Virus record (IMG/VR): IMGVR_UViG_3300037524_000937
Coordinates: 1 to 38,376 of that record
Direction: 5' to 3' (one strand)
DNA: 38,376 nt
From: a virus
Taxonomy: Duplodnaviria > Caudoviricetes
Position 1 is the first letter of the stretch. Each line of letters begins with the position of its first letter. Of the stretch, positions 1-9,635 are shown piece after piece. The translations under genes and the position numbers were made by a program. The notes under the pieces were generated by a model. The model was not told the origin of the DNA, did not search any database, and worked only from the letters and a program-made list of their open reading frames with translations.

Positions 1-127
1 CTTTTGACCCCGCGGGAGACGGTGGACAACGCCGCCGCCCGCGCCAGCGTTTCAACCATGGCCGCAAGGGCGGCCCTGCTACGGAGACCCATGAAATGAA
101 ACAGGACCGCATCGAAGAGCTCAAGGC
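1..127. repeat. Terminal direct repeat, left copy (circularity overlap)
   Basis: 1-127 is identical to 38250-38376. The protease and capsid reading frames continue across the join. Confidence 0.97.
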
Positions 128-1484
128 CCGGCTCGTGGAGATCTCCACGACCGTGCAGGGCATCCAGGACAAGGCCGATCAGGAGCAGCGCGGCTTCAGC
201 TCCGACGAGATCACCGCCGTCAAGAGCCTCGAGCAGGAGTTCGAGGACACCGAGGCGGAGATCGAGCGCCGCGAGAAGGCGCGCCAGATGGAAGCCCGCG
301 CGGCCAAGAGCGCGGGGCGGCTCACCGATCCGGGCCAGCCCGGCACGGGCGTTCCGCAGGCGCGCGTGCGCCAGCCCGACGGCCTGCAGCACACGACGCT
401 GCGCACCGTCGAGGAGAAGGCGCGCTGGGGCTTCACGAACCTCGGCGACTTCGCCAAGAGCGTGCTCGACATGCAGCGCGGCACCCGGCAGGATCCGCGC
501 CTGATCGCCAACGCCACGCTCTCGACGTATTCGAGCGAGGGCGTGGGCGCCGATGGCGGCTTCGCCGTTCCGCCGCAGTTTCGCGCCGACATTCAGTCGC
601 TCGTCACGGGCGAGGACTCGCTCCTCGGCCGTTGCGACGCGATCCCGACCGAATCCAACATGGTGATCGTCCCTACGGACGAGGACACCGCGTGGGGCGC
701 ATCGGGCGGCGTGCGCGTCTATCGCCGCGCCGAGGCCGCGGCCATGACCCAGAGCAAGATGGCGCTGAAGGACATCACCGTTCGCGTCGAGGAGATGTAT
801 GCCCTCGTCCCGGTGACCGACCAGCTCCTGCAAGACGCGCCGATGCTCGGCCGCTGGCTCACCCGCAAGGCGGGCGAGAAGATCAACTACAAGGTCAACG
901 ATGAGCTGATCAACGGCACCGGCTCGCAGGGCCAGATGCTCGGCATCCTGAACGCGCCGTGCACGGTGAGCGTCGCCAAGGAGTCGAGCCAGGCAAACGA
1001 CACCATCGTCGCTATCAACATCCTCAAGATGTACGCCCGCATGCCCGACAACGTGCGTCGGAACGCGGTGTGGCTCATCAACCAGGACATCGAGCCGCAG
1101 CTCCTCAGTATCAACAACACCTTCAAGGACGCGGTCGGCTCGGCCGGCATCGCGGCGGGCGTCTCCGGGCTCATCCCCGAGGGCGGGCTGCGCTACGACC
1201 CGACGAACGGCACGCTGATGGGCCGTCCGATCATCGCCACGGAAGCGGCCGCGACCATCGGCGATGTGGGCGACATCATCCTCGCCTGGCTGCCGGGTTT
1301 CTTCGCGCCGTACAAGGCCGGCGGCGTGCAGGAAGCGATGAGCATGCACCTCTGGTTCGACCAGGGCATGACCGCGTTCCGCTGGACTTTCCGCGTCGGC
1401 GGGCAGCCGTGGCTCTCCGCGCCGATCGCGCGCGCGAAGGGCTCGAACACCCTCTCGCATTTCGTCACGCTGGCCGCGCGCTAA
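96..1484 (+). CDS. Major capsid protein, HK97 family
   Basis: N-terminal coiled-coil delta domain, 'ADGGFAVPPQF', 'DELINGTG', 'TLMGRPII'. ATG overlaps the protease stop (ATGA) across the circular junction. Confidence 0.95.
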   Translation: MKQDRIEELKARLVEISTTVQGIQDKADQEQRGFSSDEITAVKSLEQEFEDTEAEIERREKARQMEARAAKSAGRLTDPGQPGTGVPQARVRQPDGLQHTTLRTVEEKARWGFTNLGDFAKSVLDMQRGTRQDPRLIANATLSTYSSEGVGADGGFAVPPQFRADIQSLVTGEDSLLGRCDAIPTESNMVIVPTDEDTAWGASGGVRVYRRAEAAAMTQSKMALKDITVRVEEMYALVPVTDQLLQDAPMLGRWLTRKAGEKINYKVNDELINGTGSQGQMLGILNAPCTVSVAKESSQANDTIVAINILKMYARMPDNVRRNAVWLINQDIEPQLLSINNTFKDAVGSAGIAAGVSGLIPEGGLRYDPTNGTLMGRPIIATEAAATIGDVGDIILAWLPGFFAPYKAGGVQEAMSMHLWFDQGMTAFRWTFRVGGQPWLSAPIARAKGSNTLSHFVTLAAR

Positions 1485-1516
1485 CCCGCACCAGCCACTG
1501 AACAGGAGCACCAGCT

Positions 1517-1966
1517 ATGCATCCGAACGTCAGCCTCGCCGAGGGTCTCGGCGTTGCGGGGATCATCGCCCCGCAGACCGTCAACAGCACGCCGGCCGTG
1601 TCCGGCGCCATCGATCTCTCGAAGTGGGACTCGCTCGTCTTCTATTTCCAGACCGGAAACATGGCGGCGGAAACGATCGATTGCGGCGTCGAAACGTGCG
1701 ACTCCGACGGCACGAGCAACGCGGTGGACATCACCGGCAAGCAGGCCACTCAGCTCGCCGGCCACGCCACCGACAACGACTCGAAGCAGATCGTCATCGG
1801 CGTCGACTCCGCCGACCTCATCACCAACGGCAAGCGCTACGTGCGCGCAACCATGGTGACGGGGAACGTCACGGGCGGCCCCGCGGCCTGCCTGGTGCTC
1901 GGCGTGCCGAAGTACGGCCCGGCGAGCGGCGTGGATCTCGCGAGCGTCGTCGAAGTGATCGTGTAA
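1517..1966 (+). CDS. Putative capsid decoration/cement-like protein
   Basis: 149-aa beta-rich protein directly after the capsid gene, AGGAG RBS, 'GKRYVRAT' motif typical of post-capsid jelly-roll proteins. Confidence 0.65.
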   Translation: MHPNVSLAEGLGVAGIIAPQTVNSTPAVSGAIDLSKWDSLVFYFQTGNMAAETIDCGVETCDSDGTSNAVDITGKQATQLAGHATDNDSKQIVIGVDSADLITNGKRYVRATMVTGNVTGGPAACLVLGVPKYGPASGVDLASVVEVIV

Positions 1967-1983
1967 GCGCTGCACGCTGTCTC

Positions 1984-2012
1984 GAGGGCCTCCCCCGCTG
2001 GGGGCGGCCCTC
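1984..2012 (+). terminator. GC-rich stem-loop after capsid/decoration genes (attenuator or mRNA stabiliser)
   Basis: GAGGGCC-t-CCCC...GGGG-c-GGCCCTC hairpin. No U-tract. Confidence 0.45.
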
Positions 2013-2037
2013 CTGAAAGCGACAGAGGAGAGGCGAA

Positions 2038-2328
2038 ATGATCCAGGACCGGCCCGGCTACAACTACACCGTCATCAACGCCACGGGGGCGACCAACATC
2101 CCCGGCGCCGAATACTTCGGCGGCTACCAGGTGCTCGCCGCGGCCGGCGCCTACACCATGGACGTGTACGACAACACCGCCGCGAGCGGGCAGAAGCTCG
2201 TGTCGGCGCTCTCGGTGAACAGCGCCGCCTCGCTCATCCACAACCACCCGATCCGGCTGTCGGCGGGGCTCACCGTGAACCTCTCCGACAACCCGACAGA
2301 CGGGCTGATCCTCGTCTTCTGGAAGTGA
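2038..2328 (+). CDS. Small beta-rich hypothetical virion protein
   Basis: GAGGAG RBS, phage-like codon usage, in the structural operon. Confidence 0.7.
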   Translation: MIQDRPGYNYTVINATGATNIPGAEYFGGYQVLAAAGAYTMDVYDNTAASGQKLVSALSVNSAASLIHNHPIRLSAGLTVNLSDNPTDGLILVFWK

Positions 2329-2537
2329 GAGCCATGCTTCCCGTTGACGAAACCCGCAACGAAGCCCCAGCGCCCGCCGCGCAGCAAGCCTGCGGCCTCA
2401 CGGCGCGGCCGCAGATCTCTTTCGCGCTCACCTTCCACCTCGCCGACGGCAGCACCGAGACCCGCCAGTTCACGGGCCGGGTCGAAGCGCTGCCGCGCGA
2501 CGACGACGAACCGACGAAACAGGAGACCGAGAAATGA
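2325..2537 (+). CDS. Hypothetical protein
   Basis: Overlaps both neighbours (GTGA and ATGA), suggesting translational coupling. Confidence 0.55.
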   Translation: MRAMLPVDETRNEAPAPAAQQACGLTARPQISFALTFHLADGSTETRQFTGRVEALPRDDDEPTKQETEK

Positions 2538-2938
2538 CCATCACCGTCCGCGACGACGCCGAGCGCGCCGCGCTCAACGCCCTGCTCGCGCTGCTCAACG
2601 CCGGATCGGGCGATGCGTCCGGCGACTTCCACCTGCTCACGAGCGGCGACGCCGCGCTCGCCACGCTCAACCTTTCGGCCACCGCGTTTCAGAACGCGAC
2701 CACGAGCAACGGCACCGCGCAGGCGGTGAGCAACGCCATTTCTAACAGCGGTACGCCCACGGCCGGCACCATCGCCAATGGCCAGCTCCGCGACAAGGCG
2801 AACAGCGCGGTGCTCGCCTTCAGCATCACGGCAACGGGCGGCGGTGGCGACATGATCGTCGCCGATGCAGTGATCCCGGGCGACGCGGTCGCGGTCAGCT
2901 GCTCCGGCATCACGGTGACGCTCAACATCACCAACTGA
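2534..2938 (+). CDS. Hypothetical structural protein (fibre/spike base-like)
   Basis: AGGAG RBS, Ala/Thr/Gly-rich beta protein resembling small phage fibre-attachment proteins. Confidence 0.65.
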   Translation: MTITVRDDAERAALNALLALLNAGSGDASGDFHLLTSGDAALATLNLSATAFQNATTSNGTAQAVSNAISNSGTPTAGTIANGQLRDKANSAVLAFSITATGGGGDMIVADAVIPGDAVAVSCSGITVTLNITN

Positions 2939-2966
2939 TCGGGCGCAGGCAAGAGGAGGGCGGGCG

Positions 2967-5900
2967 GTGAGGTTGCGAGGGGCGCGGAGCGGTCGGACGG
3001 CACTCGGCGGTCACGTCGGCGTTTCCGGCGGTATCGCCGTGGAGCGCGCGCCGACGGTGCCGTCGGACTTCGACCCTCTCCAGCTCTACGACGGCCCAAG
3101 CGGCGTCAGCTCGATATTCTGGAATGCCGCGATCGGCGCCGCGTGGGACAACGTCGGGGGCGACTGGCGCGATGCGGCCTTCGTGCCGCAGGGGGACACG
3201 CCACTCGGCGCCGCGCAAACGATCACGGCCACCGGCTGGAAGCAGTTTGCAGTTACCGCCCTCGCTGTGAGATGGCTGCGCTCGGGCAACACCGGGATGC
3301 TCGTGAGGACGAGCAACGTGAGCGGCGCCGGGGAGGTGAGCATTGCTGCCCGGCAAACCGCGAACGCGTCCTACCTCACGGTCGTCGCCGACGGCGTCAC
3401 CTACAACTGCCCCTGCACGGCCGATTCGCGTGTGTCGATCACGACGCGAGAATTCAGCCAGGGCGACCTCGACATTTGCCGTGTGAGCTCAACCGTCAAC
3501 TCGGTTTTTCAGTTCGATCTGTCCGCCATCCCGACCGGGGCGACCGTTTCCTCGGCAACGTGGAACGCCCATTGCACGCTCGCCGGAATCCCGATCAGCC
3601 TCATGGTGATGGAGCTCAACCCGCCGCCGATCTGGATCGCGAAGGAACAGCGGCCGGATGGCGCGGTCACGCATTTCGTCGGGCTTTCGAGCGCCTATCC
3701 CTACGACGGAGGACTGCACGGCGAGCCGGGCGTTCTGCTCGCCGGCGACTTCTCCGGGTCGTGGTATTCGAAATGGACGCGCATCGGCACGTCGTCCGTC
3801 GGCGCATCGGCAACCGACATCGTGGCCGTGCCCGACAACACCGGCAAGACCCCCGGCGCACACCAGGGCTATCAGGCGCCACCAGCCTATACCTCCGAAT
3901 CGAGCTACGGCGGGCAAGTCTCGCTCGAGCGGTTCTACGTCTCCGATGTCGACCAGCCGTTGCCTTACGGCAGCGACTACCGCAGCCTCGGGCAGATGAT
4001 CCACCAGAACATCGTGCACGGGCAGGCGGACGCCGAAACGATGCACTTTCGCGTCGTCATGGAAGCAATCGGGCGGCGCGACCCAAACCAGGGCGAAAAG
4101 TTCGGCCCCTCGATAGACGGGCGCGGTGGTTTCAAAAGCGGAGGCCGATGGGTGGGAGTGCATGGCAACGGCCGCAACGCCACGCGCGGCGTGTTCCTGC
4201 CCAACACCGCCAAGATCGTCGGCAACCCCACTGCGGGCGCGACGACCATCACCATCGGCGGGTTGCCGGCGAACGTGCCGTGCATGTTTCCCGACGAGGG
4301 CGGCGGGCGCGGCTCGGTGACCATTCGAGGCGTCGAATACACCTTCGCGGCGGGCGACAAGACCACGTGGTACACCGACGGCAACGGGCAGAAAACGCTC
4401 ACGAGCTTGAGCCCAGCGGTTCCGCTCGGCGGGTTCACGAACGGCGAGGCGGTCCAGACGTTTACGACGGTGACTGACGCCTCCACGCTCGCGCTGATGC
4501 CCGTGGATCCCGAGAACGGGACGCTCGGCTACCTCTCCGGGTGGTCGCTGCGGCTGATGACCGAGCCGCCGTGGAACCTCGGCGACGTCGACATCGACGT
4601 GCCGGAGAACGACCCGAATCCCTATCGCGAGTACATGCCGCTCGCGCTCTACTTCTACAACCCGGAGCACGACTGGGACGCGTTGAGCACGGGCGGTGAC
4701 ATTCCGACCACGCAGTTCTTTCCCGACCTGACGCTGCAGCGCCGCTATCAGGTCGGCTCGCGCGAGAGCGGCTATCCGCTGCTGAAGACCGGCCAGAAAT
4801 ACAACGCCGAGATCGGCGTCACGCTAAACAGTCTCACGGGCGCGGCGGATCAGTGGGGCAACCGCACGGCCGTCAAGGACGGCGTGATTGGCGTCTGGGT
4901 CGACGGCGTGCAGGTGAAAGAGCTCACCGACTGCGTCTTCCGGCGGCACCCGAACATCAAGGCGAACGGGCCGTGGATCGACTTTTACGTCGGCGGCACG
5001 GCGAGCCCGATCGTGCCGTTCCCGATGTCGCGCAAGATCTACAGCTACGCCGCCGCGACGAGCTACATCGGCCCGCAGGTGGAGCTTCCCGCCTGGCGCG
5101 CTGCGCTGGGCGAGTACACGCTGACGAACGTGAGCCCACAGGGCGACACGCTCGTCGCGAAGTACATGACGCACCCCACCTTTCCGACCTGGGCGACGAG
5201 CCCCCCGCCGGAGAGCATCCCGCTAGCCGGGGCGTTCCAGGTCCGCGACTCGATGCAAGGGTGGACGGGCGGCGTCTTCTCGGAATACATGGGAAAGTGG
5301 GGCGGCTTCCTGACCGCGAACAACGGACACGCCGGCCCGCACGGAACGATCGTTTATCACTGGGACGCCGCGACCGGCCTCTGGCAGTTCCCGGTCGTCG
5401 GGCCTGGATTCGACGTCGCGACGCCGGGCTATGTGCCGACCCCGGACGTGGGCGCCTTTTACGACCCCAACAACTACGCAGGCTATCCGCAGATCGATGC
5501 GGGCTTGATCGGGTCGACAAATGGCCCGTTCAACATGATCGGAGCGGGCGTTCAGAACGGAGGCGGCTGGTCGTTCCCGACCTGGAATACCTCGCTCCAG
5601 TACAGCAAGATCCCTTACGCCGAGTACAAGCTCAACGTCGGCATGGGCGCGCGCTACGACATCTACTTCGTCATCCCGCCCGACGCTGGCGGTGAGACCG
5701 ACGGAACGCTCGGGTTTTTTGTGGCTGCCGCGATGCATACGTTCCCCGGCGAGATCGACCCTTACGTGCACCGCGTCGGGCTCACGAGCAAAGCGTGGGT
5801 GGCGCGTTCGGCCAACAGCATCCGAGGCATGGCCGGGCCGGTGCTCGCGGCCAACCCGCTCACCGGCTACTCGAAACGCTACCGCAAAGCCTATCGGTTC

Positions 5901-6659
5901 GAGGACGGGCGCGAGGATTGTCTCGTCTACGACTCGCTGGCGAATCGGATTTCCTTCCGGGCCGTCAAGGAAAACGACGGGATCAACTCTGCGACGGCGA
6001 TTCAAGCCTACATTGGCAAGCCTGGGAGCGCCGTGGTCACCGACGGCCTCGCGTCAAACCTGCTGGTGATGCCCGGCGTCCTTCGCAACGGCGACGGCTA
6101 CCGCGGTTTCTGCCTGATCGTCGTCGATCTCGACGAGCTCGAGCGCAACGGGAGCGCGCGGTTCTACGCCATCGGCACGAGCGCGGCGAACCTTCCGGCG
6201 GGCAATCCGTTTGCGCTGAAGCTGCTGGGAAACTACACCCTCGGCGCCTACACGGGGCCCTCCACCGGCTCGTTCTCGTTCGGCTGGAGTGCGGCGCGCA
6301 AGTCGGTCGTGCTCATCCAGACCATGCGCGGGCCGAGCGGCTGGATCGCGCCGACGAATCCCTATTCCGGCACGCCGGTGCAACCCTCGTCCGACCTCGT
6401 GCAAACCATCCGCGTGCCGGACGGGTTCACGAACGGCGTGCCCAACTGGCGCTTGCAGACCTGGACCGTCACGCCGCACCCGCTGACGCTCGGTCCCAGC
6501 ACCTCGGGGCTCGCGGTGGGTTCGCCCGTAGGCCGCGACGGCGACAACCCGGGGCAGCTTTTCAAGCGCCTCACCTGGGCCGAGAAACTCGACTGCGGAC
6601 TCGTGCTTCCAGGTGCTGACACACCCATTCAAGCGATCGCGCTGGAGAAACGACCGTGA
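2967..6659 (+). CDS. 1230-aa multidomain protein: DNRLRE/disaggregatase-like N-terminus, polysaccharide-lyase-like jelly roll, beta-propeller-like C-terminus
   Basis: AGGAGG RBS with GTG start. Motifs 'WDNVGGDWRDA', 'FQFDLSAIPTGATVSSAT', 'DGVIGVWVDG...FRRHPNIK...WIDFYVGG', 'WTGG...NNGH...VYHWDAATGLW'. Domain calls are by eye. Confidence 0.6.
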   Translation: MRLRGARSGRTALGGHVGVSGGIAVERAPTVPSDFDPLQLYDGPSGVSSIFWNAAIGAAWDNVGGDWRDAAFVPQGDTPLGAAQTITATGWKQFAVTALAVRWLRSGNTGMLVRTSNVSGAGEVSIAARQTANASYLTVVADGVTYNCPCTADSRVSITTREFSQGDLDICRVSSTVNSVFQFDLSAIPTGATVSSATWNAHCTLAGIPISLMVMELNPPPIWIAKEQRPDGAVTHFVGLSSAYPYDGGLHGEPGVLLAGDFSGSWYSKWTRIGTSSVGASATDIVAVPDNTGKTPGAHQGYQAPPAYTSESSYGGQVSLERFYVSDVDQPLPYGSDYRSLGQMIHQNIVHGQADAETMHFRVVMEAIGRRDPNQGEKFGPSIDGRGGFKSGGRWVGVHGNGRNATRGVFLPNTAKIVGNPTAGATTITIGGLPANVPCMFPDEGGGRGSVTIRGVEYTFAAGDKTTWYTDGNGQKTLTSLSPAVPLGGFTNGEAVQTFTTVTDASTLALMPVDPENGTLGYLSGWSLRLMTEPPWNLGDVDIDVPENDPNPYREYMPLALYFYNPEHDWDALSTGGDIPTTQFFPDLTLQRRYQVGSRESGYPLLKTGQKYNAEIGVTLNSLTGAADQWGNRTAVKDGVIGVWVDGVQVKELTDCVFRRHPNIKANGPWIDFYVGGTASPIVPFPMSRKIYSYAAATSYIGPQVELPAWRAALGEYTLTNVSPQGDTLVAKYMTHPTFPTWATSPPPESIPLAGAFQVRDSMQGWTGGVFSEYMGKWGGFLTANNGHAGPHGTIVYHWDAATGLWQFPVVGPGFDVATPGYVPTPDVGAFYDPNNYAGYPQIDAGLIGSTNGPFNMIGAGVQNGGGWSFPTWNTSLQYSKIPYAEYKLNVGMGARYDIYFVIPPDAGGETDGTLGFFVAAAMHTFPGEIDPYVHRVGLTSKAWVARSANSIRGMAGPVLAANPLTGYSKRYRKAYRFEDGREDCLVYDSLANRISFRAVKENDGINSATAIQAYIGKPGSAVVTDGLASNLLVMPGVLRNGDGYRGFCLIVVDLDELERNGSARFYAIGTSAANLPAGNPFALKLLGNYTLGAYTGPSTGSFSFGWSAARKSVVLIQTMRGPSGWIAPTNPYSGTPVQPSSDLVQTIRVPDGFTNGVPNWRLQTWTVTPHPLTLGPSTSGLAVGSPVGRDGDNPGQLFKRLTWAEKLDCGLVLPGADTPIQAIALEKRP

Positions 6660-7810
6660 GCCATCACACTTCAGGTTCGGCGAGGGTCGAGTCGAACTTC
6701 TCGATGACCTACTCGCTCGACGTCGGCTCCGCAGTTGCTGACCGGGTGCTTCTCGTGCTCCTCGCCATGCAAGGCGGCGGCGTGGACTTCACGAGCGTCC
6801 AGTACAACGGCCAGGCCATGACCGCCCTCGAAAGCGTGCAGACCGACGCCGAGGGCAACAAGTACCGCGCGTTCCGATACGCCCTGCCGGACGATGTTTC
6901 CGGTGCGCACAACCTCACCTGCGGGATCAGTTTCTACGACTATGTGTACGTCACCTACGCCGTCTATTCGGGCGTGGACGACACGACGCCCCTCTCGGCG
7001 TTTCAGAAGAACGCGCAGTACGACGCCACGCCGTCCTGGAGCGTGAGCGCGGCATCCGACGAAACCGTGGTTGCGCTGGCTCGGTTCTGGACGACGGCAA
7101 CGGTCACGAAAGACTCAGATGTGACCGAGCGGCACCTCGCCACGAACGGCGTTTACCAGGGCGGCGTGTGGGAGGAAACGGTCACCGATACGCCGACTAC
7201 GACGGTGAGCGGCAGCATCACGTCGTCGAGGGGCTGGGCGGGCTATGCGGTTGCCCTGAACCCGGCGGGCGGCGGCTCGGACACCGAAGCGCCCACCGTC
7301 CCCGGCGGCCTCGCGGTGAGCTCGCGCACGCGCAGCACCATCGTGTGGGGCTGGAGCGCCTCGAGCGACAACGTGGGGGTGACGGGCTACGAAGTCTCCG
7401 AGGACAACGGCGCCGCGATCGACAAGGGCAACAACCTCACCCACACCAAGAGCGGGCTCGCCGACGGTACGAGCGTGAACCTCAAGGTGCGCGCCTACGA
7501 CGCGGCGGGCAACCGCTCGGCCTACAGCGCGAACGTGCAGGGCACGAGCTACGTGGGCAAATGGGTAGTGCCGGCCAACGCCGCGCCGAGCACCAGCGCC
7601 CGCATGATCGTGATGGCGACGGGCTCGACGCCTGCCACGGTCGCGCAGGAGGGCGCCGTGACGGCCGACTCGAACGGGGACTTCAAGCTCACCGACACCA
7701 CGGCCGCGGCGCTCGACACGCAGCGCCTTGCGATCGTGCACGCCTACGCGGGCGTGCCCGCCAACAGCTTCAACGCCGCCGTGGGCGTGGCCACCCTGAC
7801 CGGCGAATAG
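6656..7810 (+). CDS. Fibronectin type III domain-containing virion protein
   Basis: 'DTEAPTVPGGLAVSS...WSASSDNVGVTGYEV...KVRAYDAAGNRSAYS' is a canonical bacterial FN3 signature. Confidence 0.85.
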   Translation: MSHHTSGSARVESNFSMTYSLDVGSAVADRVLLVLLAMQGGGVDFTSVQYNGQAMTALESVQTDAEGNKYRAFRYALPDDVSGAHNLTCGISFYDYVYVTYAVYSGVDDTTPLSAFQKNAQYDATPSWSVSAASDETVVALARFWTTATVTKDSDVTERHLATNGVYQGGVWEETVTDTPTTTVSGSITSSRGWAGYAVALNPAGGGSDTEAPTVPGGLAVSSRTRSTIVWGWSASSDNVGVTGYEVSEDNGAAIDKGNNLTHTKSGLADGTSVNLKVRAYDAAGNRSAYSANVQGTSYVGKWVVPANAAPSTSARMIVMATGSTPATVAQEGAVTADSNGDFKLTDTTAAALDTQRLAIVHAYAGVPANSFNAAVGVATLTGE

Positions 7811-7823
7811 GAGCGCGCGCACA

Positions 7824-8726
7824 GTGCCGATCGAAGCCCTCTGGGGCGAAGAGTGGAGCGGGTCGAGCGCGAACTGGGACGCCGACTGGGGCGAGGCCGC
7901 GTTCGCCCTGGGCTCGACCTCGCTCGCGCTCGCCGGCACCGCCACGCTCACCGGCACGGTCACGTTCGCGACCGGGTTCTCGCTCGGCTCGCTCACGCTT
8001 TCGATGGCGGGGCACAGCACGACGGCGGGCGACCCGAGCGCGAGCCTTTCCGACTTCTGGATCGACGCGCCGGCGGAATTGCCCGCCGTCGGCCACGTCG
8101 GGCTCACCGCCACGATCGGGTTCGACTACGGAGGCTCGGTGCCGGCGCTTGGCGCCGCGAGCATCGCCACGACGGGCTACATCGGCGTGGCGGGCGACGT
8201 GGCGTTCGACACCGGCGTGGTGCTCGGCAACCTCACGCTCGCGCTCTCCGGCACGCCGGGCGTCGCGGGCGACTTCGCCTACCCGTTCGAGCTCGGCGCG
8301 CTCGCACTCACCATGACCGGCACGCTCACCGTGGCCGGCAACGCCTATGGCCTGGTGCAGTCGCAGGCGGTGGTGGTGGGCGTGGACGACGAGGCAGTGG
8401 CGAAACTCACCGTTTCCAACGAGGCCGCAGGCATGAATGGCTACATGATCGGCGAGGTCGTGCGCTGCACGGCCGCGTTCACCACGCCCAACGGCACGCC
8501 CGTCGAGCCCGCGAGCGTCACCTTCCGCATGCGCAAGCCCGACGGCACCACCACGGTGTACATCTACGGCACCGACGCGGAGCTCCTGCGCGACGACGTG
8601 GGCGAATACCGGGTCGACTTCCCCGCCACGCTCGCCGGGCGCTACCACTACCGGTTCGAGAGCGGCGGAACCTACCAGGCGGCGGCCGAGCGCGGCTTCC
8701 GCGTGCAAGCGTCGAGGGTCACCTGA
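7824..8726 (+). CDS. Repeat-containing hypothetical structural protein with C-terminal Ig-like domain
   Basis: About five degenerate 'LGxxxLxhxGxxxhxG' repeats, then a 'IGEVVR...TFRMRKPDG...GEYRVDF...GRYHYRF' domain. Confidence 0.7.
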   Translation: MPIEALWGEEWSGSSANWDADWGEAAFALGSTSLALAGTATLTGTVTFATGFSLGSLTLSMAGHSTTAGDPSASLSDFWIDAPAELPAVGHVGLTATIGFDYGGSVPALGAASIATTGYIGVAGDVAFDTGVVLGNLTLALSGTPGVAGDFAYPFELGALALTMTGTLTVAGNAYGLVQSQAVVVGVDDEAVAKLTVSNEAAGMNGYMIGEVVRCTAAFTTPNGTPVEPASVTFRMRKPDGTTTVYIYGTDAELLRDDVGEYRVDFPATLAGRYHYRFESGGTYQAAAERGFRVQASRVT

Positions 8727-8727
8727 C

Positions 8728-9309
8728 ATGCAACTCGAGCTCTACACCGCCGCCACCGACGAGCCCGTGAGCCTCGACCAGGCGCGCGAGCACCTGCGCG
8801 TGGTCACCACCGAGGAGGACAGCTACCTCCTCGGCCTCATCGCCGCCGCGCGGCGCCTGTGCGAGCAGCGCACGGGCCGGATTCTCGTCACGCAGACCTG
8901 GACGATCCGCTACGACTCGTTCGGCGAGGCGTGCGGCGCGGGCTGGGAGATCGCACTCCCGCTCTCGCCCGTGCAGTCGATCACGCACCTCAAATATTAC
9001 GACTGGACCGACACGCTGCAGACGCTCTCCGCCGCAAACTACCAGCTCGCCAAGGGCCTCTCGCCGCGCCTGGTGCCCGCCATCGGCAAGAGCTGGCCGG
9101 CGACCTCGTCGCGGCTGCAGGCGATCGAGATCCGCGCCGTGTGCGGCTTCGGCGAGGCCGACGAGATCCCCGACGAGCTCGTGCAGTGGATGCTCCTGCA
9201 TATCGCGCACTGGTTCGAGAACCGCGAGGCGTTCACGCTCAAGGAACTGAGCCCGCTGCCGTTCGTCGACGGCCTGCTCGACCGCGAAAGCCGGATGGTG
9301 GTGGGCTGA
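8728..9309 (+). CDS. Head-tail connector protein (HK97 gp6-like)
   Basis: 'EPVSLDQAREHLRV...LIAAAR...LLHIAHWFENRE'. Confidence 0.92.
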   Translation: MQLELYTAATDEPVSLDQAREHLRVVTTEEDSYLLGLIAAARRLCEQRTGRILVTQTWTIRYDSFGEACGAGWEIALPLSPVQSITHLKYYDWTDTLQTLSAANYQLAKGLSPRLVPAIGKSWPATSSRLQAIEIRAVCGFGEADEIPDELVQWMLLHIAHWFENREAFTLKELSPLPFVDGLLDRESRMVVG

Positions 9310-9635
9310 TGCAAGCCGGTCGCCTTTCCGAGCGGATCACCATCCAGCAGAAGACGGTGAGCCGCGACGCATTCGGGGCGGAAGTGATCACCTGGTCCGA
9401 CGTGGCCACGGTGTGGGCCGAGGCGAACCCGATCGCGGGGCGCGAATACGTGGCGCTCCGCCAGGCGCAGAGCGACATCTCGCTGCGCTTTCGGCTGCGC
9501 TACCTCGCCGGCATCACTACCGCGATGCGCGTGCTCTGGGAGGGGAAGAACTGGAACATCGTGGAAGCGATCAACGTCGGCGCACGCCGGGTGGAGCTCG
9601 AGCTTCTGTGCACGGGGGACGCGGGCGATGCGTGA
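9309..9635 (+). CDS. Head closure protein (SPP1 gp16-like)
   Basis: 'MQAGRLSERITIQ...W.DVATVWAE'. ATG at 9309 overlaps the upstream stop. Confidence 0.92.
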   Translation: MQAGRLSERITIQQKTVSRDAFGAEVITWSDVATVWAEANPIAGREYVALRQAQSDISLRFRLRYLAGITTAMRVLWEGKNWNIVEAINVGARRVELELLCTGDAGDA

